Positions 61,866 to 64,000 of a stretch of DNA of 64,000 nucleotides are shown piece after piece (the stretch's first letter is position 1; the number at the start of each line of letters is the position of its first letter). The notes under the pieces are model-generated. The model was not told the DNA's origin. It made no database searches and saw only the letters and a program-made list of their open reading frames with translations. A program made the translations under genes and the position numbers. The DNA comes from Vicugna vicugna (lineage: Eukaryota): assembly GCA_013265495.1 (NCBI GenBank), contig MU057987.1:124001-188000 (forward strand). Reading direction: 5' to 3'.

Positions 61866-64000
61866 ATGCAATACTGAAAAAAAGGGAAACATCAATATTT
61901 TATCATTTATTTTACATAATACTGATCTACTGGTATTTTGCAAAATAGATAACTAAAAAGTTCAGATTTCATAAAATAAAATAAAAAGTCATGAAACTAA
62001 ATGTTTAATAAATTCAAAAATAAAAATGCATAACTAACACACTCATAAATTGAGGTCAAACAAGCATTATCATTTTAATATGAATTATTAGCTGATAAAA
62101 TTATTAGGAGGAAATTATTGCCTAAAAACAGACGAAACACTCCACAAAATGAAGGAATTTTAATTAACCCTGAAAATTTCAAAAGTAGCGCTATGTCATG
62201 TATTTACTAAAAAAAAAGCTCATTGATGCTGTCATCATTTTGTACCAAAGGTCACTGTATGCAAATTTTTAAACTAAGTTTATTCTGACTATCCACTAAA
62301 GAAGACAGTGAGAAGGAATTGTACGCCCACTCCAAATATTTTCTTTTGATTCTTTTAATAATCCCATCTCTTATTAGAAATCTTTCAAGAGATTTTTTTA
62401 AAAAACCTTTTTATATGTCTATTTTGATATTTTTTAAGGGACTATAGTGTTTTTATTGATAGGAAGCTGTAGATTTTGTTTCAAAAAAAGGCTTGTTTAT
62501 TATTTCTTGAGTTTTATCATCTGTAGATAAAACTGCCTGAATCGATATCAATACTCGCACATTTGTATTCCACTCATTTGAAATATCTTTGAACTGAAGG
62601 GTGAGTCATTATTGCAACAGAAGCCCTCCCACACCACAATCTGTTGTCATCTGCTCGTGCGGACCACTCCAGAGTGTACATGCGGCTTTGTTTCTTTTCC
62701 ATATGAATTGAAGAACTGAATTTTTTATCTTGATTTCAAAATATCGATGCTTCCAATTTCAGATTATTTTTATTAGTACAGTGATAGTGTAATACCAACA
62801 GAAATCATTTTGCTTCTTAAAAATAGCAGATAAACCGTAATCCTGGGTACAGAAGAATCAGTATTGCTAACCTGTCCGATCATCCTTAACCTCTATGATC
62901 AAAAGGAACAAACTTTGTAAAGATGTAGGAGAAGATTCCAGAAGAACAAAAGCAAGTGATGAAGTTCTGAGGTGAAAACTAGCAAGGACATAAGTGTGCC
63001 CGAAGAGCCATTAAAAAGAAGGAGGTTAGGGTCTTCCACTTACAAGCAGGAGATGAGACAAAGGGGGCCTGATGGGTTCAAGTAAATAGTTTGGATCTTA
63101 TTCTAACTATTCTCTTTGCTTATAATCTAACTGATTATGATATGGCATAAAGTTGAAATAAAGATAAAAATTATTAAATACATTAATTATGACTTTTTAT
63201 AACAACAGATAGGATTTTTTTTAATGGAAGAAATAACCACAATGCAAACAAGTTTTCTCTAGGCAGGAGATCATGCATGTTCATAACTGTACTTTTCTCA
63301 CGTTAAAATTTTTCTTATCAGTATGTATTGTTTTATAATGGAAAAGCAAATCTTTTTTACAAATCCATGATACTTTCACTCAAATTCCAGGGAAAACTTT
63401 TAAACAGATTAACTACCCCTGGCAGAATTCTTCTATTAAGAGTCTGCCATGAAAAAGATAAGTGGGAAATGCAAAACAGACAGAGAGATTGATGAGGCAA
63501 CAGAAAAAAATCCAAAGACGCTTGGAGCTTGGTCAGGGTCCCATCGCAGCAAATTCCCCACGTGTGTTCTGAAGAGCTCTTGCTCCAGGAGATGGAAATA
63601 CATGCTCCATGAACATAGCTCTTAGGGGCAGTTCTCTATGGGAAACTGCATCGTCATCTAGCCCCCTTTTGGAAACGTCTAAGATACATTCACAGGTACA
63701 ATCTTTTGAACAACCCAGGAGTAATTAACACTGAGAAAGTTTTTCCTGAACTTTTTTTTTTTAAACCATTGATAACGTAGCTGTTTTTCTTTCATAACAC
63801 TTTGGTGACTGCTTCCTAGGAACACAAATTTGGGGAACATCGCCCTGCAGAAAGGTCACACCCTCATGCAACCATCTTATTATGTAGCCTGTGGATGTAA
63901 CTAAATGGCAGATCAGGAGTCTGACCATAGACACAAGCTTGATCAGTGATGGAGGCAAGTCTCTACTAAAACTCGATCTTTATTCTTAAGCCCTTAAAAG

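Overview
64 kb of mammalian, apparently non-coding DNA (deep intron or gene desert), most likely from a camelid. The only young SINE is a tRNA-derived Vic-1-type element, and I saw no Alu, B1, Bov-A/BovB, CHR or PRE-1. Much of the window is recognisable transposon debris: L1 3' ends, older L1M pieces, L2, MIR, MaLR/ERV solo LTRs, and hAT/Tigger MITEs. TE-free, homeodomain-motif-rich blocks between them look like enhancers. No ORF in the six-frame track resembles a protein I recognise, apart from decayed L1 ORF2. I found no rRNA, true tRNA or CRISPR array and no convincing novel system. The best leads are a candidate 12-nt neural-type microexon (1754-1765), AG|GT recursive-splice-like motifs, putative enhancers, a very recent duplication across an LTR/L1 junction, a poly(A)-only retro-insertion and a serial-hairpin array beside a perfect YY1 site. 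Repeat family names come from my memory of consensus sequences, and boundaries of old repeats are approximate.
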